In this document: positions 49,301 through 61,300 of the stretch, in pieces | Position numbering within the stretch: position 1 is the first letter of the stretch | How the letters are laid out: each line of letters begins with the position of its first letter | DNA from: Squalus acanthias | Taxonomy: Eukaryota | DNA length: 64,000 nucleotides | Assembly: GCA_030390025.1 (NCBI GenBank) | Contig: CM059443.1 | Coordinates: 25,296,001 to 25,360,000, forward strand | Direction of reading: 5' to 3' | Program-made: the position numbers and the translations under genes | The notes under the pieces: model-generated | What the model saw: only the letters and a program-made list of their open reading frames with translations | Told to the model about the DNA's origin: nothing | The model's database searches: none

Positions 49301-52300
49301 ACGTTATACTTATCTGCCAGCAGGTAGTCTGTTGATCCAAAGAGTCAGACTTGTGATGGTAGGTTAAGTACAAACAACAGCAATCACACTGCCACTGTGA
49401 CAAAAACATTTTTTTTTTGGGCTCTAGTTTTGGCTTGACGATGGTCTCTCAAACAACCCTGGTGAGATGAGAAACTTAGGGCTGGAATTTCCACAGGGGT
49501 TCTTCCGATCTCCTGGCATAACTTCAGTGGAAGATCGGCAGAAACCTCGGAGAACAGGTGTGAAAATTTGTTTACGCCATTTCACCAAGGCTTTAGTTAA
49601 TCTTACCTTTTAGTATGTGGGGAATCAATTATTGAGTCTTTAAAAAAATAATTCTGCCTATTTTCTTGGCTGCTATCCTGAAGAGAGTGACTCATGATTT
49701 GATAGCTTTCCCTGGGCAGTAGCAGATACCAAGTACAGGAAACTTTCGTTTATCCGGCACCCAAATATCCGGAATTCTCGCTTAACCGGCAAAAATCATC
49801 CTCCGAAAACTCCTCTCAAATAACCGGCAATGTTGCCGAGTCGCAGTCGAGTCTCCGCGAACGCCGAGTGCTCCGAAAACTCCTCTCAAATAACCGGCAA
49901 TGTTGCCGATCCCGAGTCCGAGTCCAAGTCCGCGAACGCCGATTTAGTCAGTAGGGGTACTTTTCAAAAGTGCCACTACTCGGCCTCCTGGCGCTGTCGG
50001 AAGTCCGAAACACTGCAGTAGCAGGAGTTGATTCTCCCGCGCTGCCTGGAGTCTCTTTGTTAAAAATAGCCTCGGTAGATATAACTCTCCGTTATCCGGT
50101 ACTTTCGATAAACCGGCACCACGCCGGTCCCGTCGATGCCGGATAAACTAAAGTTTCCTGTATCATGACTAGGTGGCCATTTTTCATGGGCGTGCCTAGA
50201 GAGTGATGCTGGAAGGCTATCTGACTGTGGGGGACATCACAGTTGGCTCCGATCCTGTTGTTACCTCACATCCACTCACACACTTAGAAGCAAGGGGTCA
50301 CTGGATAGTGTTTAGAGATGGAAATCCTGGCTGAATTTTCACCTCTCCAGCTCAGTACTCTGAAGCCAGTAACCCACTGCTGATCTGCCTAATATGCAGC
50401 TAATTCAATAGAGACCAGGGATCAAATCTAGGAACCTCCTTGTCTGTATGGCTCAGTACCGCACCCGTGGTAAATTCAGGGCAATCCGATTGCAGTCTAA
50501 GTAAATAACTTTACATTTTTGTAATTACTTGCAACTACTAAATTCTCAGTAGTCTGATTTTAAAGGATTAATACAAAGGTCACAGCTATTTATAGTCATG
50601 TAAACTTAAAAGTTCAAAGCTATTTATGTAAATAGTAATGCAAAGGTCAGAGCTATTTACATGTTAATATGTATAACTGCATGTTACACAAGAGACTCAT
50701 CATGGCTAAACTTAGTACTTTAACCTAAAGCAATGTTTCCACATTAAGCAGATTTTATATGACAAAAATAAAATTGATTTAACTTATGTAGAAAATAAAA
50801 GGAAAAGATTTGGTACTTTTCCAAATTCTATGGCAACAAGTAAATATAATAAAACAACACGCTAAAGGATGTTGTTTATTAAAAAAAATTATTTGGCAAA
50901 CCCCTTTTTTATTAACACAATATAATGCATAGATCACATTCTAAGGTGTCATAAAGTCCATTAAATGTGACATCACTGGGATAAAAATGATGCAGAGCTC
51001 TTCTCCCTTGATAAACAAAGAAAAGTCAAACAAATTTGATGAAGAGAGTGGGCATGCAGCCAATGGTACTCCTCCTGCTGTAACTTCAGCAGGAGGCCAC
51101 TGGAATAGCCGGAAACTATTCCGGAACCCAATTACACCAGGCCCTGGCCTTGTGTCCAAGTTTCCTCAATGGCTTTGTGAGCCACGGAGCTTCCACCCAC
51201 CCCTTATAAGGCCATCAACGTTTGGAGCTGGGAGGCGGGGGCGTAGACTCTGAATGTCAAGTTCCTGCTCTGCGGGGTATAATTAAGGACCTGACTTACG
51301 AATGTTTCTGGTATGCCTGATAACTAATGGCAGTGGATTATGGGGTTCTGGCCAGGATTGTTGCCCAAACCCTTGAAGATTTAAAAAAAAAATGATTTTC
51401 AGGCAGCCCCTTTGTAGATGGGGCCAGTCCTTTAATAAGCAGGCATAGTTATAAAAATGTTACGCATTTCTCACTGTTAAAATTAGGTTTATAAATGCCT
51501 TTAAAGTGGAAATATCTGGATTTTTTTTTAACAAAAGCATAATATTCTTTAACAATTTTAACTTCTTGAAACTATGTCAAAGATGTAACTGCATAGAGTT
51601 ACAAGAATTAGACAGACTTAAGCCATTTAATTTACCTATCCAACAGTCATTGAAATGGCACGAAATCTTTACTTACACTGCAGCAGATACAAATTGATTA
51701 AGGTGGCCGTCATTCTCATCAAGTACTTCTCGTGTCCGAGCCTCACCTGTGGATTGCAGTCCAATAACAATGCACTGGAATGAACAGACAGTAAAGTGCC
51801 ATTAAGTAAATGTGTAGTCATTCCCTCTTGGCTTTTAAAGCCAGTTCTTTCTGACCCATCCTGCCATAGTCAGCACTATAGGCAATTTCATACATTTATT
51901 CTTTAGCTACCTAATTACAATGGCGGAGGAGGTTGCAGGATAGCCAAAGGACTTGTATGGGGAGAACAATGAAAAGAGTAATGGTAATCTGGAACTCACT
52001 CCCCAATAGGCTGTGGCTGCTGGGTCAATTTGAATTCTCAAGACTGAGATCGATACATTTGTGTTAGGTCAGGGTATCAAGAGATATGGACCAAAGGCAG
52101 GTAAATTGAGTTGAGGGACAGATCAGCCATGATCTAATTACATGGCAGAACAGGCTTGAGGAACTGAATGGCCTACTCCCAATCCTATAAAAAGCATAGA
52201 GAGAAGAATAGTATTTACAGTGTTCTGTGATATGACTAGCAGGAATCATGCTTTACCTCCTTGCATTATTAAGCTTCCAGTGAATATTGATAACATTCGA

Positions 52301-55300
52301 TACAAAAATTAAGATTATATGGAAAAGTTGTGGTAAAAAAGCTATTTATAAAATACAGCCAATGAATGTAACACTATCATATTTTTTGGCATGGTAATCA
52401 CATCTATTTGCCTACTTGTTTGACACTGCACAATTACAATACCATAAACCCATTGGTATCGGTGAGTTTCCTGTACAGATAATATGCATACATCAATGTC
52501 AATATATATATATTGATAATATGACAAACAAGAGTTGAGTTGATTTGGATTGAACTGTTTTAATGACATCATTATACGAGCCAGAACTATACATTCCAAT
52601 CATTTATTTTGACTCTTTTCTGCCTGACCAGAGATGGCGCTATGCAAAAAAATAGGCCGTAGTCGGGCATGATACAAGTTTATGGAGACTGATGTGGGTC
52701 ACTGAGATAGACCTGAATGTAATTTAAAGAGATTGCAACTGCGTACCAAAAATAGATGTCAAATACTGTCAAAATACCTGATCACACTATGCCATATATA
52801 TCTGCGTCATAATTATACCTGGTCAACAGTAATATGCTATTTCCATGAAGCAGTAAGAAAAGGTTGTCTTCTACACAGTTTAAAAGCAAAAAGTGACCTC
52901 TCACCTTGCCTTTCTGCTGCTCTTGTCTGCCTATTTCTACTAAACGTCTAACTTTGGCAGCAATACACAGGTACTTGAAGAAGCGTTGATGTGCAGACCA
53001 AAACTGCCCCCAAAGAGATTTCCTGGACTCCAAACAAATTAAGTCTGCTGCATGTTGGAAAATATTCATTGCTTCAGCCCACTGAAAAAGAAAACACTTT
53101 TTCAGGCATATCTAAGTAATCTAAACATATACAAATACTGACAAAAAGTTTCTTTCGCATTTATATCTCAGAAATGTTGTAAGGCAGAAGCAGTAACATG
53201 AATTTCTTTTGCACCACATTTAACAAATAAAATTCTTTCACTTAATATGTCTAAAAAACGATTTCTGCTTGATCATAAGAACTTAGAATTCGAGAAAGAT
53301 TACAAGTTTTTCTTAATTCATGCTATTCTTAAAATAAACAAATTGTAGTCGTATTTTTTTTTTTAAAGTGGACATCTTGTACCGTTCTTAAATGTAACCT
53401 GAGGGAAATTAAAAGATTAAGCACTGTCTCATTGTAAAATAGCCCCAACAAATTTCTGGAAAAATACTTCTGTATGTTTCCATAGGTTAGATTTGGCTGC
53501 TTCCTCCACTGAGGAGGATGATGAGATAAATCTGTCGTAATTAAAATGTTTCTCACAGTCACAATAAAACAGGAACGGGTCATTTAGTATTTCCCCTTTT
53601 TGTATTACAATTTTACATATCCTGACTGTTTGTTTGTAACTTCTCTCATTTGGGGACGACAAACCAGAGTCCTGGAGCGTGCTTTGGCTTGAATTAGACA
53701 TTTGTGGAGTCCAGGAGTTTGAGATCTAAAGGAGTTACTGAATTTGTTCTAGGTAATAAAAATATGAGGCTTGAGTCTTCTCATTTGTTATACTGGTAAA
53801 CAGCTGTAGCCTGAGCAGGGTGTTGAGGAAAATTGGTTGGGATTTTCCAGCAGAAGTGACGTTGAATGGATTAATAACCCAACCAAATACGCCCGGGTGT
53901 ATTAAATGAGGCAAATAACAGAATGTCGCCATACTACGCATTTTCTGTCGTTTGTGCTCTAGCTACACTGGGACACCTGTACATCCCTGGCATTCAGCAC
54001 TGCTACGGGCCAGAGGGGGAAGAGCGGTTAAATTTAATTTGTCAGTTTTCTTTGTGAAATCAATCACAGAATGCAAATTTCAAAAACTTAAGTGTTTTTA
54101 AATTGTTTTGGAGCTTCTGCCAGCAGCATATTCCAACCTACATCACAGTGAGGCACCACAGCAATTCCCCCCTTCACTTGAGGCAGGCGTCCCAACAAAG
54201 CTGTAATGACCCGAGCACCAGCCCCCCAACAAGTCAGTGACCCCGAGCCCAGAAAATAGACCAGGGTTAGGAGTGCGTAGGACAAGCATTCAAAATTCCT
54301 GCCCGTGGAAAACCTAAGCCATTATGTCTAGAAATAAGCTCCCTTTCAGTTCAGAATCGAAGCCTATTTTCTGCCTCTTTAAGTTTTGCCTGGTTCCTTA
54401 GAAGTGATACAAGCAGTGCTGAGTGTAATGGCTGATAACTTAAATAATGAACTGAACACAGCACTGATAAATCAATCACTCATGAACTGCAATGGGTGCA
54501 GTGGAAAGACATCCCACTGATGAGAAAAAATGAAACCATAACTGTGGTTAGCTCTGAAATACCAAGTAAATAATTTTGGAGCCAAAGTGCTCGACTTCAA
54601 TCATAGTCTTAATTGGCAACCAGAGCTACAACAGTTCAATGTGTTGTTTACTCCATGACCAAGATGAGTGGACTGATTATTTTTTACCCCTCCACTTACT
54701 GACCAAGCTCAGAAATTCTGACTGTTATCGTATGTTCTAGTCACACCACTATGGGGGTAATTTTCACCTTCACTGCTTGGGCGGTAAACTGGTGGAGCAC
54801 ACTGCTCGTTATAGAACCCACCCAATTTACATTTCAAATTAACTTTCAGCAGGTTCTGCTCCATTAGTTTACTGCCCACGTGGTGAAGGTGAAAATTACC
54901 CCCAAAGTGGTTTGAGGTTTTGATAATTGCATAGTGTTTCAAGAAAGTATTATAATGCTTATATTGTGTTACACTTGCAGGTTACATGTACAAAAATCTT
55001 CCAAGGTGCTTAGTTTGTAAAATCAAAAATAGTGGAATATTGGTGAAATAAGTTGAACTCCTTACCAGCACAGCTGCTTTGTTGTATACAAGTTTGAAAC
55101 TTTCATCAAGAGGTATTTCTTCTATTCTGAATGTCACTCCAGCAAAGCTTAGTTGCCTAGCAATATACATGCCGCTAACTTTCATATCCATAGCAACAAT
55201 TTCCATAGCACCCACACCACTAAAACAAAGAAAACAGATCCAAATTGTAAGATGTTAGTTTAAAAATCAGTGTCATTTTGTATCTAAGATCAAATCATTT

Positions 55301-58300
55301 TATTTGGTACTGCTGGACTGAGTGGCAAATGGTATTGGAGATGTGAAATAGTATTGGAAATGTCATTAAAATAATACATATGGAGCTGCAGCACAATCCT
55401 GATGGGAGCACAATTTGGGGTGGAATCCGGCCCCACTGGGTTTCTGTCAACTGTAACTTCCCCTGCAAACTGCGCTCTGGTGGAGAGGAGTCTGGGGCTG
55501 TTCTCGGGTTACCGCTTAAAAAAAGGGATTAATTACCATTGAAGGGATGCCTAGCAGATCGCCTGCAATATTTAAATTGTTTTTAAATTGCTTTCATCTT
55601 CAACCCAATTTGGGCCTTAGGTAGTCCCCCTTTCGGAGTGGCAGCATGCCATTCTAACCGCCACCTCCGCAGTGGTGGGGTGCCTCCATTTGGGACGCCG
55701 TTAGCTGTGGGGCACAGTGGCGGACATAATTCCTGCCCTACCACACTTCCACCTCTTTGCAAGGGCTGTGGAACTTTTAGACTTATATGTTAATTAGTCA
55801 TTGACATAACATGTGGTAATTACTTCTTCAAAGCTTTAAGAAAGCTTGTGTCTTTTTCCGAGGATTTTTAAACTGTATTAAAACCTACAAAATAATATAA
55901 CTTGTTAACTAAGTTCACTTTGAAAACCAAGATGCATTTTGTCAAAATGACCTGTTCAGTAAGATAAAACTGATCCTGCTTCAAAATTAGAATAATGTAT
56001 AGACAGATGACTTTCACACAGGTTAGACCAACTCTTGCTTCTAGTTGCATAAAAGTGCATCACCCTACTATGGCCAAGCAAAAACCTACCCACAAATGTG
56101 GCTGAAACACACATGTATCATAATAACTGTGGCTCTCGCCTCTGAGTCAGAAGATTCTGGGTTCGCTTCCCATTCCAGGGACTTGAGCACATAATCTAGG
56201 CTGACACTTCAGTGCAGTACTGAGGAGGGCACTGCACAGTCAGACGTGCTGTCTTTCTGATGAGATGTTAAACTGAGGCCCCCTCTTTCCTCTCAGGTGA
56301 ATGTAAAAGATCCCATGGCACTAATCGTAGAAGAGCAGGGGAGTTCTCTCTGGTGTCCTGGCCAATATTTATCCCTCAACCACATCACTAAAACAGATTA
56401 TTTGATTATTATCTCATTGCTGTTTGTGGGACCTTGCTGTGCACAGATTGGCTGCCGCATTTCCTATATTGACAACAGTGACTACACTTCAAACTACTTA
56501 ATTGGCTGTCAAGTGCTTTGGGACATCCTGAGGTTGTGAAAGTTGCTATATAAATGCAAGTTCTTTCTTTTATAACAATCAGAACAAGTGATATTTGGCC
56601 TCCACATGGGGCTGTCTGGAGCCCATTCATAGAATCGCAGAATGTTGCAGGCCATTCAACCATTGTATTTTCGTCCAAGTTTTTTCCTCACATGAACCAC
56701 ATAACCTAATCCCACTCTCCTACACAATATCCTTTAACATTCCTCTTTTTCAATCAATGATGTCATTCTCTTTTAAATAACTTTATGAGAGTAAATTTTC
56801 TGAGCCCTCAGTGCTTCTCAAGTAATTATGAGCAATGTGTCACTGATTTTCCAATATGCACGGATGGCGGGCAAGGATCGGAAAACATACTTTATAGACT
56901 CTACTTCAATAATAGAATTCCACTTTCTACCCACCTTTTGTGTACAACAGTGACTACACTTCAAAAGTACTTAATTAGCTGTAAAGCATTTTTGGGATGT
57001 CCTGAAAGGCGCTATATAAATGCAAGTCTCTCTTTCTTTCTTAAAAGAAATTTTTTCTAACTTCCCCTTTAATGCTTTTTGGGATGAACTTAAATTGATG
57101 CTCTCTTGTTACTGTCTCGCTGACCAATAGACACAATTTATCACTATTCACCTTATCATAACCCTTCACAATCTTGTAGACTTCTATCAGGTCACCTCGC
57201 AACCTCTTCAACTCTAGTGAAAAAAGCCGTAACTTCTCAAGTACCTTTCATAACTGCAACTCCTCTCATTCCTGGTAACATCCTAGTGCATCTACACTGA
57301 GCCTTTTCTAGTACTTTTATATCCTTTCTATAATGGGATGCCTCAAAGTGTAATCAATACTTACTATGGACCCTATGGTTCTCTACTTCATTTAAAATCT
57401 AACTATTTAATGTGTATTTCATTTACCTACTTCCAACATGTATTACTTCACATTCTTCTACATTGATCTGCCAATTCTAGTGGCCTTTCTATGTCAGCCT
57501 GCAGCCTTTCTTAATGCATGTTACAATTTGCAATTTGATGTCATCAGCAAATTTTGATATTGTTCCCTCAATTCCTAAATCCAGATCAGTTATCTATTTA
57601 GAAACTAACCAACACCGACTCTTGTAGAACACTACTCACCACATTTTTACATTCTGAAAAAATGTCCCTTTACTTTCTGCCATCTGATCATCACTCTATC
57701 CATATGGCTGCATTACCATTAATTCCCATTCTTTCTTTTCATAAGCCTCTGATCGGGTACCTTATCAAATTCCTGTAGGCACAAGCTTCCTCCTCCATGC
57801 CGCTAACCTAAGGCATCTGCTAGGAAGGAAAGTAGACCAGCAATGACCCGCCCCAAATCAGGCAAGGGCAGCTACCACATCCAATAGTACCAGGTAATAG
57901 AACCATAATTTCTCCTGTAATGAATTGCCCGAAACCCTCAAAAAGGCGATGCTGCTAGCATAATCACAGCCACGATAAGGAACCTAATGTTTCAGTATAC
58001 TCCTCATGCAAGTACCTTGCAATCGAAATGTACAATCATTTCACAAAATATGAACAGTATTTGTAATTAAATATTTGAAAATTCAATTTAAAAGCATAGC
58101 ATGGAATTGATTGTAGATTGCTAGTATAAAGACTGCAATTTCAGTCGGTCACTTCCAATACAAATTGTTTACTTGCCCATGATTCACATTAAACTTATGC
58201 AAAGTACAGGGTAATGCATTGTATGACATCATTCATAACACAACCAAACTCCTCCAGAAGTACCAATATACTTATTTACCACCTAGCAAGATGTGCGTGT

Positions 58301-61300
58301 CAAATCTTTGCAACCACAATTTTTATTTTTAGGAAACACTTTCCTCTAGTCTCCTCTATCATGAGAACCGCAACACCCAAGAGATCAGTAGAGGGTTCTC
58401 CCCACTGAATGTCACAGCTAAATGAGTAACACAGAATGCGCGGAGTATAGGGTGGCAATCTGCATCTGATCACTCTGGTGCAGTGCACTGGAAATCAGTC
58501 CTACTGCACCAGCATGCTGTCTCCCACATCAAACAGAATTCATATGCAGAAAGGAACACTTAAACAACAATGATGTTCTGATGAAAGGTCATCCACCTGA
58601 AACGTTAACTCTCTCCACAGATGCTGTCTGACCTGCTGAGCGTTTCCTGTTTGTATTTACATAGAATATGCAGCACAGAAATAGGCCATCCAGCCCAACT
58701 AGTCTGTGCTGGTATGATATTTTATCTTTTTTCAAAAAATTCCAACTTTCAATCAACTATGAAATCTGGAACATGGTGGTGCAGGATGGTGGGGAGTTTG
58801 AATTTCTCTTAAAAATTTTGGAGTAGGACAATCATGATTTCAATTCTATTGCAGACCAGGATGTGTGGATGGGGTCCTGAAAATTCAAACAGCAAAATCA
58901 CACAGTATGCAGTAAATGACAATACTGTATAGCTAGCAGTATTCTCAAACTAATTTCTGCCAAATGTGAAATCATAAGGGAGGATTTTATTTGATTTGTG
59001 CTCTGGATGTAGGTGACGCTGCCAAAGCAGCCTTCAGCTGCCTAGACCCTAAGCTCTGGAATTCTCTCTGCCTCTCTACCTCTCTCTCCTCCTTTATGAT
59101 GCTCCTTAAAACATACCTCTTTGACCAAGCTTTTGGTCACTTGTCCTAATAATCTCCTTATGTGGCTCAGTGTCAAATTTTGTTTGGTAACGATCCCGTG
59201 ATGCACTATGGGACATTTTACAACCTTAAAGGCACTATATAAATGCAAGTTGTTGTTGTTTATTGCCAGTCCTTATTTGTCCTTAGGTGGTGGTGGCCCT
59301 TCCCCTTGATCTGCTGCAGTTATTGTGATGATGCTGCTCACATGGTGATGTTAGGTAGGGAATTCAAGGATATTGACCCAGTGATGATGAAGGAATGGTG
59401 ATATATGTCTAAGCTAAGATGGTGTGTGACTTGGAGGTGATGGTGCTCCCACAATATTGCTGCTCTTGTTCTTCCTTTCCCCGAAAAGAAAATAAGGTGG
59501 GGTGTAAAAGGGGCTGCCGATTCTCTATCACCCGTCTTGTGTTATCACTAAAAATTGCTTTTTTTAACTAGAGGTACTTTAATTTTGTACTTCTTCCAAA
59601 CTGTTCACAGAATGTTGAATGAAATTACCTGATCTATAAGTAGAGTACCTGGCATACAATTAAGTACTTGAGCCTTGGATTTGCTGTTGTGGATATTAGG
59701 GAACAAATACTTAACCCATTCATGACATTCCTCCGTCCAGTATTCTGATCCAGGTGTTAAGCCCATTTATTTTAAGTGGATTAAGAGCTCCTCTAAAGCC
59801 TTAAGTGATCAACTGCTAACATTACCAATGGTAGTTTCTAAACTTTAGTATTTAATGCTGTTCTTTAAAGTTTAAATTTAGACTCACCGTTTCTCAATAG
59901 CATGAAGGAAATCCTCAAACTGGCGAAAGGGTGTGCCTTCTCCCCAAATACCTAAACGGCACATGTAGGCCATGTTCTTTGGTTCTGAGGCACCTTTATA
60001 TATTGAAAATAAAAATAATTTTAAGCAATGTCATTAGAAACATTTTACGATCAAATAATGAACATTCAAGACACGAAGTGAAAGGTTGCCATTTTTCTCT
60101 AATCTGTAGTGCATAAAAACATATAAAGCCAAGAATGTTTAAAAACATAAGCTGAAGGAGTGGAGAATAATTTTATAATCAACATTCAAACATTTTCAGA
60201 AAGTGTCATTTTGGCAATAGTGAATAATATACTCAAGTGAATTCCTAAAAGTACTAGGTATGTTTTGTTGCTGATAATTTTGTGCCCAAGGTGAATGCAA
60301 TTTTATCATGAAATAATACCAGCCTTTGTTGAAGTATGAAAAAAATTCATAAATGTATTAACATATGTATTGATCGCTCAGGTGATTTAAAACTGTAAAT
60401 GTCTGATTTACAGTGCCCTAGAAAATGCTGGTGACTTGAGAACAGTTTCTTTCATTCCTTTATCGGGTTTAGATTTACATTACAACAGTGGGATACTGCT
60501 TAACCAGATTACATAGGACTTACAGCACAGAAACAGGCCATTCGGCCCAACTGATCTATGCTGATGTTTTTATGCTCCGCCGAGCCTAAAAATAGTTCCA
60601 TTGATACCAGGTTTATCGGTGTGACACATAAGTCATGACACAAAAAAATGATTATATTAGAAAGTAGCAACTCTCCACCAAGTTCTTTTTCATTAAAAAG
60701 AATATATGGCTCCCTAATGACCTACTGGGTAAAGGCCTGTGGTAGCGAATGACCAGAAAGCCCCAGGTCTAATTTTTGGTCTTTGCTGAGTTAGCTGATC
60801 TCAGCCAGGCTAATGCAGCATTCCCTCAGTACTGCATTGAATTGGCAGCCCAAATTATGTGCTCAAGTCTGTGGTGGAGTTGGAACCCACAATCTTCTAA
60901 CTCAGGAGAAAGAGTGCTCCCAGCTTGCGTAAAGCGACACTTAGCAGACGTTTTATGCTTGCTAATAATATTTAACTGAATAGTAAAATCCATTTGCTTG
61001 CAACCAACATCAATAATTCTTTTCTGGCGAAACTGTAATGTCTGTATTGAGCTTGCCCAGAATTCTGTACAACTGTGAATAGACATTGTTCCTCTTTAAA
61101 TTTTACTTTCTGAATATTTTTGCCAACCAACTTGAGAGATGACAGCGCTAAGGAAGAAAGACTTGTGTCACCCAGTATCAGCATCAAGCGTTCTAAGAAC
61201 AGGCATGGCATAGCCAGATGTAGAGTAAAGCTTCCCCATCTCTGTTCCAACAATGGCCCAAAAATTAGTGAGTGAGCCTTCGTGCGAGGGTAAGGCCTTC

